From Azolla caroliniana (Eukaryota > Plantae > Polypodiophyta), in contig JBHGNT010000002.1 of the NCBI GenBank assembly GCA_043228905.1, positions 21,762,001 to 21,826,000 of the forward strand: 64,000 nucleotides of DNA, given 5' to 3'. The position numbers were made by a program, and so were the translations under genes. Positions 34,058-45,400 of the stretch are shown here, one piece after another (positions within the stretch are counted from its first letter, which is position 1; every line of letters begins with the position of its first letter). Below the pieces are notes generated by a model. The model was not told where the DNA came from. It did not search any database and was given only the letters and a program-made list of their open reading frames with translations.

Positions 34058-35998
34058 TGTCACGGACACACCAAGTGCGGACTAAGACGAAGCACGGATG
34101 ATGAGGCTACGACGGAGCGATGACGGAATGACACAAGAGCATAAAGACAGAGATGAAGATTAAGGAGAGAAGATGGGCGAAATGAGAATACTAGATTGAT
34201 ATGTCCATGACTGGCATTGTTCACCTTGAATTCCTTCAAGGTGAACTCAACTATTTATACTAAGTGGCATGCATACCTGTTGCACGCATGTGATACAATA
34301 GAGCATGTAGGCAGTAGGTACGCATGCATGTGCCAAGTGTAAATAATACAAGGGAGAAATTATGCACATGATGCTAGCTAAAACCTACAATGAGGAAGTA
34401 TATACATGATTATATGCTAGATGTGTGGTTAACACATAACACTCGATTATAACATCGTCATGTCAAGAGTTCAAATCTTGACATTATCCCCCCTCCAATG
34501 ATGCCTTCCCAAATCGTTTGTCGGCTTAAGGGGATATTGTTGATGAAAATCTTAGATCACCTCCAAAGTATTTTATAAATCCTAGACAAGGAGGAACCCT
34601 TCCACAAGATGAGGTATTCAACACCAACGGGCATGAGTGACCATGTGTGGTCCTCGCCTAGGACTGGAACACAAATATCAACGGGTGTGAGCGACCATGT
34701 GCGGTCCTCACGGGGAGCATGAACACCAAGGGGCATGAGTGACCATGTGTGGTCCTTGCCGGGAACTAGAACGGTCCTTGCTGAGAGTTGGAACACGAAC
34801 ACCAATGGGCGTGAGCAACCATGTTGTCCTCACCGAGAATTGGAACACGAACGAGTGAGTGACCATGTGGCCCTCACCGAGAACAAGAACACGAACGGGA
34901 GTAATCGACCATGTGTGGTCCTCACCGGGAACTGGAACATGAACAACAATGGGCATGAGGGATCATGTCGGTCCTCACCGGGATCTGGAACACGAACAAT
35001 AGTTGGAGTGAGCAACCATGTGTGGTCCTCACCGGAGATTGGAACATGAACACCAACGGGCGTGAGCGACCATGTGTGGTCCGCAATGAGAATTGGAACA
35101 TGAACCGCAATGGGCATGAGCGACCATGTCGATCCTCGCCGGGATGTGGAACATGATAAATAATTGGAGTGAGTGACCATGTGCGGTCCTCACCAAAGAC
35201 TGGAACACGAATGGGAGTGAGCGACCATGTGGCCCTCACCGGGAACAAGAACACAAACTGGTGTGAGTGACCATGCGGCCCTCACCGGGAGCTGGAACAC
35301 GAACACCAACGGGAGTGAGTGGCCTTGTGCGGTCCTCATCGGGAACTGGAACACGAACACCAACGGGAGTGAGAGTCCTTGTGCGGCCCTCACTGGGAAC
35401 TAGAACATGAACACGAACGGGAAAGAAACTAAAAAATAGAGACAATGATGAGGAGAAACTAAAAAATAGAGACAATGAAGCAATGTTGATGATGGTACGG
35501 TGATGATGGTAACTCTAGAAGCAAGGGCGATGATGGAGACGGGTGATGCTTCTAGTTGGAAGGTGAACAAACTGTCACGGACACACCAAGTGCGGACTAA
35601 GACGAAGCACGGATGATGAGGCTACGACGGAGCGATGACGGAATGACACAAGAGCATAAAGACAGAGATGAAGATTAAGGAGAGAAGATGGGCGAAATGA
35701 GAATACTAGATTGATATGTCCATGACTGGCATTGTTCACCTTGAATTCCTTCAAGGTGAACTCAACTATTTATACTAAGTGGCATGCATACCTGTTGCAC
35801 GCATGTGATACAATAGAGCATGTAGGCAGTAGGTACGCATGCATGTGCCAAGTGTAAATAATACAAGGGAGAAATTATGCACATGATGCTAGCTAAAACC
35901 TACAATGAGGAAGTATATACATGATTATATGCTAGATGTGTGGTTAACACATAACACTCGATTATAACATCGTCATGTCAAGAGTCCGAATCTTGACA
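34058..35998 (-). mobile_element. Element F: young non-autonomous LTR element (426-bp LTRs at 34058-34483 and 35573-35998)
   Basis: LTRs near identical (2 differences seen); 5-bp TSD ATGAC; minus-strand PPT GGAGGGGGGATAA; no coding domain. Confidence 0.93.
34615..35420. repeat. ~54-bp tandem minisatellite (about 15 degenerate units) forming the interior of element F
   Basis: Unit TGGAACACGAACACCAACGGGCGTGAGCGACCATGTGTGGTCCTCACCGGGAAC-like. Confidence 0.88.
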
Positions 35999-38900
35999 AT
36001 GACCATATAATAACCCGTGGTGAGAATTTACCATAGTATCCTATACACGTGGATAAGTGTGAGGGTTAAACGAGAGTGTAAAGAAGGGTGCCGATCCACC
36101 TGATCACCCCCGAGCAAAGGGATCGAGACGGACTCGAGCCTCGATCAGCGTCCCATACCACCGTCGTGGCTTCGAGTCGTACGTGGTGCTAGCGCGCTCA
36201 TTACAAGAGTTGACCCACCACGAAACAGAGTCTCGACGTAGTCATGATATGATGAAATGAGGGTAGCTAGGCCTCATATTTATAGCGATACCCAAGACCC
36301 CTAGGCAAGTTCACACTTGGCCTAACAGGTTGTCTCAATCCCGAGGATTAAAAGTAATCCTCCCTTTCTTTACACTCTACACTCGTTCTCATCTCCACTC
36401 AATTCTATTGACCTAAGATGCGTCCTGACATACATAACTATGTGATTAAATGTCACCAATGTCAGGTTAACAAAGCCGAACGACTTAAAGCCGCATGACT
36501 TTTACATCCCTTGGACATTCACAATAATAAGCGGGAAAGTATATCCATGGATTTTATTGTTAGCCTTCCTCACACCCAAAAAGGCCATGATGCCATCTGA
36601 GTTGTGGTTGATAGACTAACTAAAATGGCTAGATTTATTGCTACTAAAACCACGGTAACAACTCTTGAATTGGCTTACCAATTTGTTGACGAGTTATTTC
36701 GTTTTTATGGGTTACAGATGGATATTGTGAGTGATCAAGATCCAAAATTTACTAGTGACTTCTGGACGCAATTCTTTAAGAAGTTAGAAACTACGTTGAG
36801 CATGAGCTCCATGGATCATCCTCAATCCGATGGACAAATAGAACGAGTAAATCAAATTATTGAGGACAGGCTTCGATAAACCAACAAAATGGGAACGTTA
36901 TCTCCCAATTTTGGAGTTTGCTTATAACAGCTCCAAGCATACGTCGACGGGATATAGTCCTTTTATGTTGATGTATGGTTTTCAGCCACGAGCCCCGATT
37001 CATGTTAATATACATCACGATGAGTTGCGAAGTACGCAAAACTTTCTTCGGGATATGCAAGATATGTTGCATATTGCACGAGATAATATAAAAAGAGCTC
37101 AAGATAGAGCGCGTTTTTACGCCGATCATAATAGGCAACCTCGTGTATTCAACCCTGGACAGAAGGTATTTTTACGTGTACCTCACAATTCTAAGACATT
37201 ATCTACGGGTAAGTGTGCTAAGTTAGCCCCATGGTTTTGTGGACCTTTTCAAGTCCTCAAACGCATTGGATCATCAGCCTATCATCTCGCTCTTCCCGAT
37301 GGTGTTGAAATTCATCTAGTTTTTCATGTAAGTCATCTAAAAGAACTTCTAGGTTTTGGCGACAATACAGTTACAACTGAAACTCTGGTTACTTCTGAAG
37401 AATTATCTTCTAAACCACATGTACCAGAAAGAATTCTCAATGTTAAAACAAAAAATTTGTGTACTAAAACAATTCGAGAATTTAAAATTAAATAGATGGA
37501 TAAATCTATCAAAGATGCCACATGGGAAAGCGAAAATACTCTTAAAACTAACTTCCCTAACTTTCCATTGCAAGAGTGCGATGTTTTAAAGAGGGGGGGG
37601 AGTATGTTACGGGCATGACCATATAATATCCCCTGGTGAGAATTTACCGTAGTATTCTATACACGTGGATAAGTGTGAGGGTTAAATGAGAGTGTAAAGA
37701 AGGGGAGGATTACTTTTAATCCTCGGGATTGAGACAACCCGTTAGGCCAAGTGTGAACTTGCTTGGGGGCCTTGGGTATCGATATAAATATGAAGCCTAA
37801 CTACCCTCATTTCATCATATCTTGACTACGTCGAGACTCAGTTTCGTGGTGGGTCAACTCTTGTAGCGAGAGCGCCAGCACCGGCTACGACTCGATGCCA
37901 CGGCAGTGGTATGGGACGCCGATCGAGGTTCGAGTCCGTCTCGATCCCTTCGCTTAGGGGTGGATCAACACCCTTCTTTCTCTCTCTCCTTTCTATCTAT
38001 CTATCTTTTATCCTTATCATATGCTTACTTTAGATCATATCTCTAACATCAACCATACTACATTGGATTAAACAACAATCGAATAGGTCGCCTGACACAA
38101 GTCACTCACACGTTGTAATCACTCGTAGTAGTCTAGGCTCCAGGAACAACCCCCTTCCGTGCTTCATTCGGCTATACAACATTTAGAAAGGTTAGTTGAA
38201 TTTGTTCATCTCATTGTCGTAGTCACTTGAAGCACGATCGGCCCGGATAATCGGCATATACTTTGTGTTCGAAAATCTCGAAAATTGACATTCGAAATCA
38301 AATTGGCAAACTCGGGTCCAATTCGACTAAGTCGATTGACTGTAGTCACTTCAGACAGAATTCGGCAAATAGTCGAAACCGACTCGACTTGTGTCCAATT
38401 TCGGCTAGAATAACATCGAGTGAGCCAGTCAGCCGCACTCCACCATTGTTCGTGGTCGATTGCGGACAAAGTCTATCAAGCTGACACAGATGGCATCAAT
38501 ATTTGGCTCGTAAGAGATGAGTCTAAGGAAGTTCGACGGATCGAACTTCAACTTCTGGAAGGAGTAGATGCAAGACTATTTAATAGTCAAGGGGCAAATT
38601 GACCCCATCGAAAATGAAAATTCTCCAGAAGGATACAAGCCGCTTGAATGGGAGAAGCTCGACAGAATCGTCTGAGCCACCATTCGGATGCACCTATTGG
38701 AGTCTGCGTACTTCACGGTGCAATCGTGTTTGACTGCCTTTCAACTATGGAAGACATTGTCGGACACTTACAATAAGAAGGTTGCCGCCACCAAGATATA
38801 TCTGATTGGGTGCCTTCATAATCTTCGGATGAAAGAATCCGACTTGGTCCAGGCACACCTAAACGAGTATGAAAGCATAAGTTCCCAAATTGCGGCTTAG

Positions 38901-39142
38901 GGACAACTATCGAGGATGAACTAAGAGCAATACTACTTATGAGTAGTCTCCCCCATTCGTGGGAAACTTTTGTTACTATGTGGAATGCGTCGACTATTGT
39001 CGTTAAGTACTCCTCAGTCACGAGTGCAATTCTGACTGAAGCAGCTCGAAGAAAATCGTTTGTGAACTATTCGACCAATGACGCTTACGTAGTACAAGGT
39101 TCGACTAACCGATCGAACAACCGAGGAAGAGGTTCTTCACGG

Positions 39143-40784
39143 TGTCGTGAAGATTTTTGGTAATGGTGTGAAAATCACATAAGACGTACGAAATCAAGTG
39201 TCAATCATATAAAACAATAATAGTGAATATACTAATTCTAAGTAAGTTTAATATCTTAGTACAAAAAGATGGAGGTCTTCAAGAGCTTTCAAATGTGCTT
39301 TACCACATAAAAAACGGACATCTAAGTGACAAGTTATGTGGGAGTGAAGTATGAAAAAGAAGAAGAGAAAAATAAAACTGTGAGATATCCCACATAGACA
39401 GGAAATAAGGATCTCACCATATATAAGGTAGAACAAAAGCTATTATCTTTGTGTCTATGTGTGGAGCATAGAGAGTTCAAGGTGACTTGAACTAAGCTAT
39501 TGGATGAATGGGTGTGGCCTGGCTACTTGCAAAGGTTTTGCCCAACCAAAACTGGACCGACAACGTAACTGACATCCGACAACAGAACCGGGATCCAGTG
39601 ACCGAATGGTAATCGTCATCCAGCGACGGAATCGGGATCCGGCGACCGAACGGTAACCGACATCCGGCATCTGGCGACCGAAAGATAACCGGCATTCGGC
39701 AACCAATGACGGAACCAAAATTTGGCGACCGACGGTAATCGGCGGCGACCGGCATCTGGCGACCAAATAGATATATAAACAAATAAATAAATATATGTAT
39801 ACACATATACAAGGAAGGCAAGTGAAGATTCGAACCTTGCACCTCCTAATTAAAAGTCAGTAGGCTTACCACATTGAATTTATATTTCTATCATTGTACT
39901 TTTACATATAAATTCTCATACATGAGAGCTAAAATGAGTGACATGGTTATCATGCACCACATGTAATACATGAGCGTCAAATGGCAAACATGCATTTTAT
40001 GCATGTCTTGTACCCTCACATGCATCATATGCATGAGAGCATCTATAAAAGAAGGGACGAAAAAGAAGAAGGGTTAGGCTCTTTTGGTTATGAAATTAAG
40101 AAGAAGAAAATTCGTTATCGAATTGATCGTGTAACTTGTTTCTTAAAACTAAAGATAAAAGTTCAACCAATCTCTCTCAATCTAAAGTCAAGCGTTTAAT
40201 CTCAATTTCTCTCTTTCCCAATCTATCTTAAATACTTCCTCACTAAAGCTTGTACTGACTTCGAATCCTTCCGGTCCAGAACCCCGGCGGTTCCGCCTCA
40301 CGATCCGCGCCTAGTGACGGATCTTCACGACATAATGAAGTGGTGAACCCGTGGTGAAAGAGGCGGTAGGAAGGATCAAGCGGATATTAATACTTGGAGA
40401 TGGCATCCTCAAGCAACCAAGTGGGAGAGCTCGAAAGGATGATGCTAATCGTTGAACAAATGATGAGATCTCGAGACAACGATGCGAGCGTGGAGAAGGC
40501 TGTCGACCGTGTCGTAGAGCTCGAGGGTCAATTTGATGGAAGGAATGTTACGAAGTTCCTTGACACATATAGAAGGGAGATGAATCAAAGGGACGTGTCT
40601 AAAGCACGTCAAATCGCAAGCTTCAAGAGAGTTGTCACCAACAACGTCCAAAGACACGTCATCGAACCTCAAGAAGGTAAGGCAACATGGTCTGAGTTCG
40701 AGAAAACGATACTAGCAGAGTTCGCGACTGAAGACTCAACGAGGATGACTCGACATGCCCTGATGAAGTGGATAGAGAAGAAGT
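39143..40784 (+). mobile_element. Element C, 5' half (5' LTR 39143-40332, PBS, gag N-terminus)
   Basis: The LTR closely matches the reverse complement of 24062-25203. PBS TGGTGAACCCG at 40341-40351 matches the 3' end of plant tRNA-Trp as recalled. Gag motif GQFDGRNVTKFL. Confidence 0.9.
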
Positions 40785-41169
40785 TTAAGAAGATATGTAG
40801 AATGAGGCTAAATCCAATTAATGTTGCATGGATTTTCACTTATTACCTAAGAATTGGGACTGACTGAATATAAGACTATTGGTTTTACTGTCATGAAATG
40901 TTACACTTAAGAAATCCATCATATTTTAAGAATAGATGTACACATGCGCATACCTTTCAGTAAAAGTCTGAGAAAATTATGCAATTCTTAATGACTCAAT
41001 CGGATATGAAAAAGAGAAAACGACATATTACCTGTTTCAAGTGTCCCGGTGTTTGCAATGTTTTCCAGAGGATTCACAAACTTCTATCACAAGTTTATAC
41101 AAGATTACTCGAAACTCATTTTGCTTCTAACACAACTCACAAAGAAGGATAAATAATTTGTTTGGATTG

Positions 41170-41785
41170 TTGATGCAGATAATGCTTTTTTGGATCTCAA
41201 GCAAGCATTTACATCCGTTCCTATTCTAGCTCATGTTGATCCGCAAAAACCATTTATTATTGAAGCGGATGCATTAAATTCTGCAATTGGTAGTTTTTTG
41301 TCACAACAAGGTGATGATGGGAAGTTACATCTAGTGGTTGTCATGCAAATTTGATACTACCAAGATAAACTATGAGGTATACAACAAGGAGTTATTAGCT
41401 ATAGTTGATTCCTTTGCACAATGACGACATTTTTTGGAAGGCTCTCATCATCAAGTAGTTGTATTCAGTAACCACAAAAACCTCGCCTATTTCCACAGTG
41501 CTCGAGTGTAAACAAACGACAAGCTCGATGGGCCCAATTTCTTACTCATTTTGATTTCAAGATTACATTTCGTCCGAGCAAGCAACAAGGGAAAGTAGAC
41601 GTATTATCACACGACGTTCGTATCTAGCACCTCGTACCGGTGATCCGACCTTCCATAATAAAAAAACAGAAAATCCTAGGTCCTGCACGGCTTCAAGCAA
41701 CTACATTCTTTGATACTCCATTAGATTCAAGCATTGTTGATGCTATTTGTCATGATCTCAAGGCAAATGTCTTTGCGAAAGACAT
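41170..41785 (+). pseudogene. Decayed RNase H fragment of an A-related chromovirus
   Basis: Aligns by eye to ~2770-3370 (AFTS.PIL.HVDP.KPFIIEADA, NYE...KELLAIVDSF, RQARWA.FL). Confidence 0.85.
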
Positions 41786-42480
41786 CTCAAAAGTCTAGTG
41801 GAGACCAAAGCATCCATACATTTTGCATGTAAGACGGTTTCGAAAGAACAACCCCTGAACTGAAGCATGCGGAGTTGGAGCAACAACAAAGAGATACTTT
41901 TCGGTAACCAACTCAAAAGTCTAGTGGAGGCCAAAGCATTTTTGACATTTTGCACGTAAGAAGGTTTCGAAAGAACAATCCCCGAAGCCCACAGAGGTTA
42001 TTATAATAAAATTGGTAAGTGGATTTGCTGGAGCCCAACGAGACAGAGAACCCGAATCGGGTGCGAAATTGGACCTCGATTCTTCAGAATAAACCGTGTC
42101 ATGGAGACAAAGAAAAAAAACAAACCCTCGAATCATTCGAGAGGTTTGTCGGGAAACATGAAATGAAAACCCTTTTGCTCGGAAAAGGAAAGATGTCCGG
42201 CCGGCCGCCCAAGTGTGAACGCAGTTTAGGTTTCGTTTTGATTTTGCAGGTGCTCTTCTCTTTCCCGCATTTCTGCTTCACTTCTTCTTTCTTGCCTTTT
42301 ACTCCCCCCCCCCTCCATCTCCAGGAATTAGGGTTTCTTCTTTCCATTCCACAGTGCTCTGAACAGACGGAAGCAGCAGCGCCAGCAACATCAAGAAGCG
42401 GAAGAAAGACGCGGAACCAGCAGGAGATCAGGAAAGACAGACACAGGGAAGGAAAGGAAAGTAAAGAAGGCTAGGGAGCT

Positions 42481-45400
42481 ATGGCCCTCCATGTTCTCAA
42501 CCCGAATGCAGAGACTCTCAACCGAGCCGCTGCGCTGAATATGAACATCAATGCCGCCAAAGGATTGCAAGAAGTCCTCAAGACCAACCTCGGGCCCAAA
42601 GGAACCATCAAGATGTGAGTGGATTTGCCTTTATCCCTTCGATGATTCTTGTCTAATGATATTGGGACGTGTTATCGAAATCATGATCTGCATAGATCGA
42701 CTCCAACACGAAATATCAAGCGCTATTTGTCGATCGCGTCTTTTGTTTGATGATGTCTGCATTTGTCGCCGTCAAAACGAACTGTAAAAATCTGTTTGTT
42801 TTCCACTCTCGTATATTTGTATTGCTAACGGTACATGCATTGATCGCAGTAAATACTTATATAGTATATAGTCAAGATTTACGTGGAGCACTTTTCCCTT
42901 ATCTTTTGTGCAATCCTCTTTCTTTTCCCAATGTTTCTGTGAGGCGTTAATACAGTTAAAGATATTTATGCACATCTTGTGTAGTTAAAGGATCAAACAT
43001 TCTTTGAGCATCTGATCATAAATAAAAGGAAATCAAACCTCTTGATGATACACAATTTCATTAAGTCTATTAAGGAGATGTTAGCCACCTATGATTGGCC
43101 ATAGACAGTATGAAGTTGGAAGTGAATAATCAAACTGGAAATTTTCCTATTCCAATCTTGTCTCCTCATGGCTTTCTTTGGGCATGTAGTGTACTCTCTC
43201 ACAATGAATGCAAACGGAGCTTCCTGAAAATTCTCAGATTTAAGAGTTTTCTTCATCAGTGCCTTATATTCTCAAATATGACACGAGGATGAAGCTGAGC
43301 TGGAAAATTTCCCATACTGATAAAATGAAAAGTTTTCCTTGCTGATATATTTATGTTCTCAGAGCATATGAGGTAGCATGATGAATGAAGACTCCTCAAA
43401 ATTCAAGTTTTCAAGAGGTTCCTGTCATCAAGTGCTACCTTATGTGCTCAAAGACACATCATTATATTTAAACATTTTAGAAGATGGAAAGAGAAAAGTT
43501 TGCTATTCCGGTTCTCTGTCCCTTCTTTGAATATATAAAGTTGCATCATATGAGAATGAAGCTTATTGGAAGTTCTCAGATTTTAAGAGTTTTCTTCATC
43601 AGATGCCTTACATTCTCAAAGATGATACGAGGATGAAGCTAAGCTGGGAAATATTCCATACTGATAAAGTGAAAGGATTTCCTTGCTGATGTCTTCATGT
43701 TCTCTGAGTGCATAAGGCAGCATGATGAATGGAGACTCCTTAAAATTCAAGTTTTCAAGAGGGTCCTGTTATCAGGTCTACCTTACGTGCTCAAAGACAC
43801 ATCATGATGTTGAAACATTTTGGAAGATGGAAAGAAAAAGTTTGCTATTCTGATTGCTCTGTGCCTTCTTACATTCTGATGAATATTTATGTTGATTTTA
43901 ATTTGTACCTCTTATCCCATTGTAATTTTATTTAAATTTGTTTCTATTATGCCTTTCCTCTTCTATAACGCACAGGTTTTGTTGGCTTTTCATTTCTTAG
44001 TAATTTGGATTTTCTGTGTTTAATGCTGACACTTTGGAAAAATGTATAAATAATTATCAGGTTAGTTGGAGGTTCGGGAGATATCAGACTGACCAAGGAT
44101 GGCAATACTCTTCTAAAAGAAATGGTATTGTTAAAAGAACGAAAAATCTTCCATTTTCTGTCACATTATTGTCTCTTTCCCTGAAATGATTTACAATATA
44201 TATGCAGCAAATACAAAATCCCACAGCAATAATGATTGCACGAACTGCAGTTGCTCAAGATGAAACTAGTGGGGATGGAACTACGTCAACTGTTCTCTTC
44301 ATTGGTGAGCTGATGAAGCAAGCAGAACGTTACATATCAGATGGTATGAGTTTTCCTTTATATCCCCATTGTCCCTGGTCAATCTGTCACTAGGACCTGC
44401 TACTTTTGTTCTTCTGTAGGTGGGCATCATTAAGCTGCTACAAAAGAACAAAAGTAACACCTTGTGGTATGATGAACCCAAATTCTGGAAGTTATGATTG
44501 TCTGCATTGATTTGATGTTTTCATGTGTTATAACTTGCATGTAGTGTGCCATATACATTATCAGTATGTTTTTTTATTATTAAAGTTTGAGGCACTCTCG
44601 ATTTGAGGTATGCACTCTCGATTTTCTTTGGGATTAATTTAATTGGCTCTCCTACCTTGGGTTATTAATTTAGAACCAACCATTGTTTCATTTGAGTATA
44701 TGGTAACTAGCGTTTTCCATATGCTGGATGAAAGTTATTAAATAAAAGCTAGATTTGCTTTTGAAGCCTCATATTATTTTTTTATCTTATGGTGTTGAGC
44801 ATCTCATTCTCAACTCAGGTTTCTATAACATATCTGTAACTTCAAAGGCAAAATCCAATTTCACAAAACTAGTATTGAAAATAAATTGATTTCAATAAAT
44901 GCAAATTTTCATCAGAAATTAGATTCCAATACAGATTATGACTCTTGGTTCTATAATGTTCATATACACTTCTGACACAGACATCGATTACGATTATAAA
45001 TTTATTGTCATTGTTATTATTTATCAGTAATGTTTCCAAAATGTCATTGGAATATGTTATTATATGTCCTGAGAAATGTAAGTGCGTTGTTAGATTGAAG
45101 GATTAGGAAGATGGATGGGTTATGCTGCAAAGCATTTATGTAACCTTCAAGTTCTGCATCTTCATGCATGTGATTCATACATACATATTATTCTCTTTAT
45201 ATTTGGCTCTTTATGTTAAATGTATTTTCAATTGAAATGAAGGTTTCAGTACATAGTCTATCATGTACTAGATATTCCTGTAATGTGGATTACAGTACAT
45301 AGTCTATTATGTACTAGATATCCCTGTAATGTGGATTACAGTACATAGTCTATTATGTACTAGATATCCCTGTAATGTGGATTATCAAAATCGCTTTGTT

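Larger units (their letters stand above)
34043..38097 (+). mobile_element. Element E: internally deleted chromovirus relic (partial 5' LTR, integrase plus chromodomain, 3' LTR 37605-38097)
   Basis: Both LTRs start TGTTACGGGCATGAC. CHQC, SISMDFI, VVDRLTKMA, HPQSDGQ.ER, CGPF and PERIL..DATWE motifs; PPT GAGGGGGGGGAG. Confidence 0.85.
33437..39142 (+). mobile_element. Element D, 5' half (5' LTR 33437-33787, PBS, leader interrupted by E/F, gag N-terminus ~38500-39142)
   Basis: The LTR is the reverse complement of 20237-20559 apart from substitutions and microsatellite length. PBS TGGTATCAGAGC at 33790-33801 (initiator tRNA-Met). Copia gag motifs LWKTL..Y, LLMSSLP.SW. Confidence 0.92.

Noticed and set aside
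34615-35420. 54-bp array as CRISPR, or its ORFs as genes
   Set aside because: Head-to-tail tandem units without unique spacers; the ORFs arise from the in-frame repeat.
36421-36430. CCTGACA as the end of element E's 5' LTR
   Set aside because: It lies in the integrase reading (.PKMRPDIHNYV), so the LTR is truncated by a deletion upstream.
43288-43325. SECIS-like ATGA...AA...TGAT
   Set aside because: Spacing does not fit, the site is intronic, and land plants lack selenocysteine insertion.
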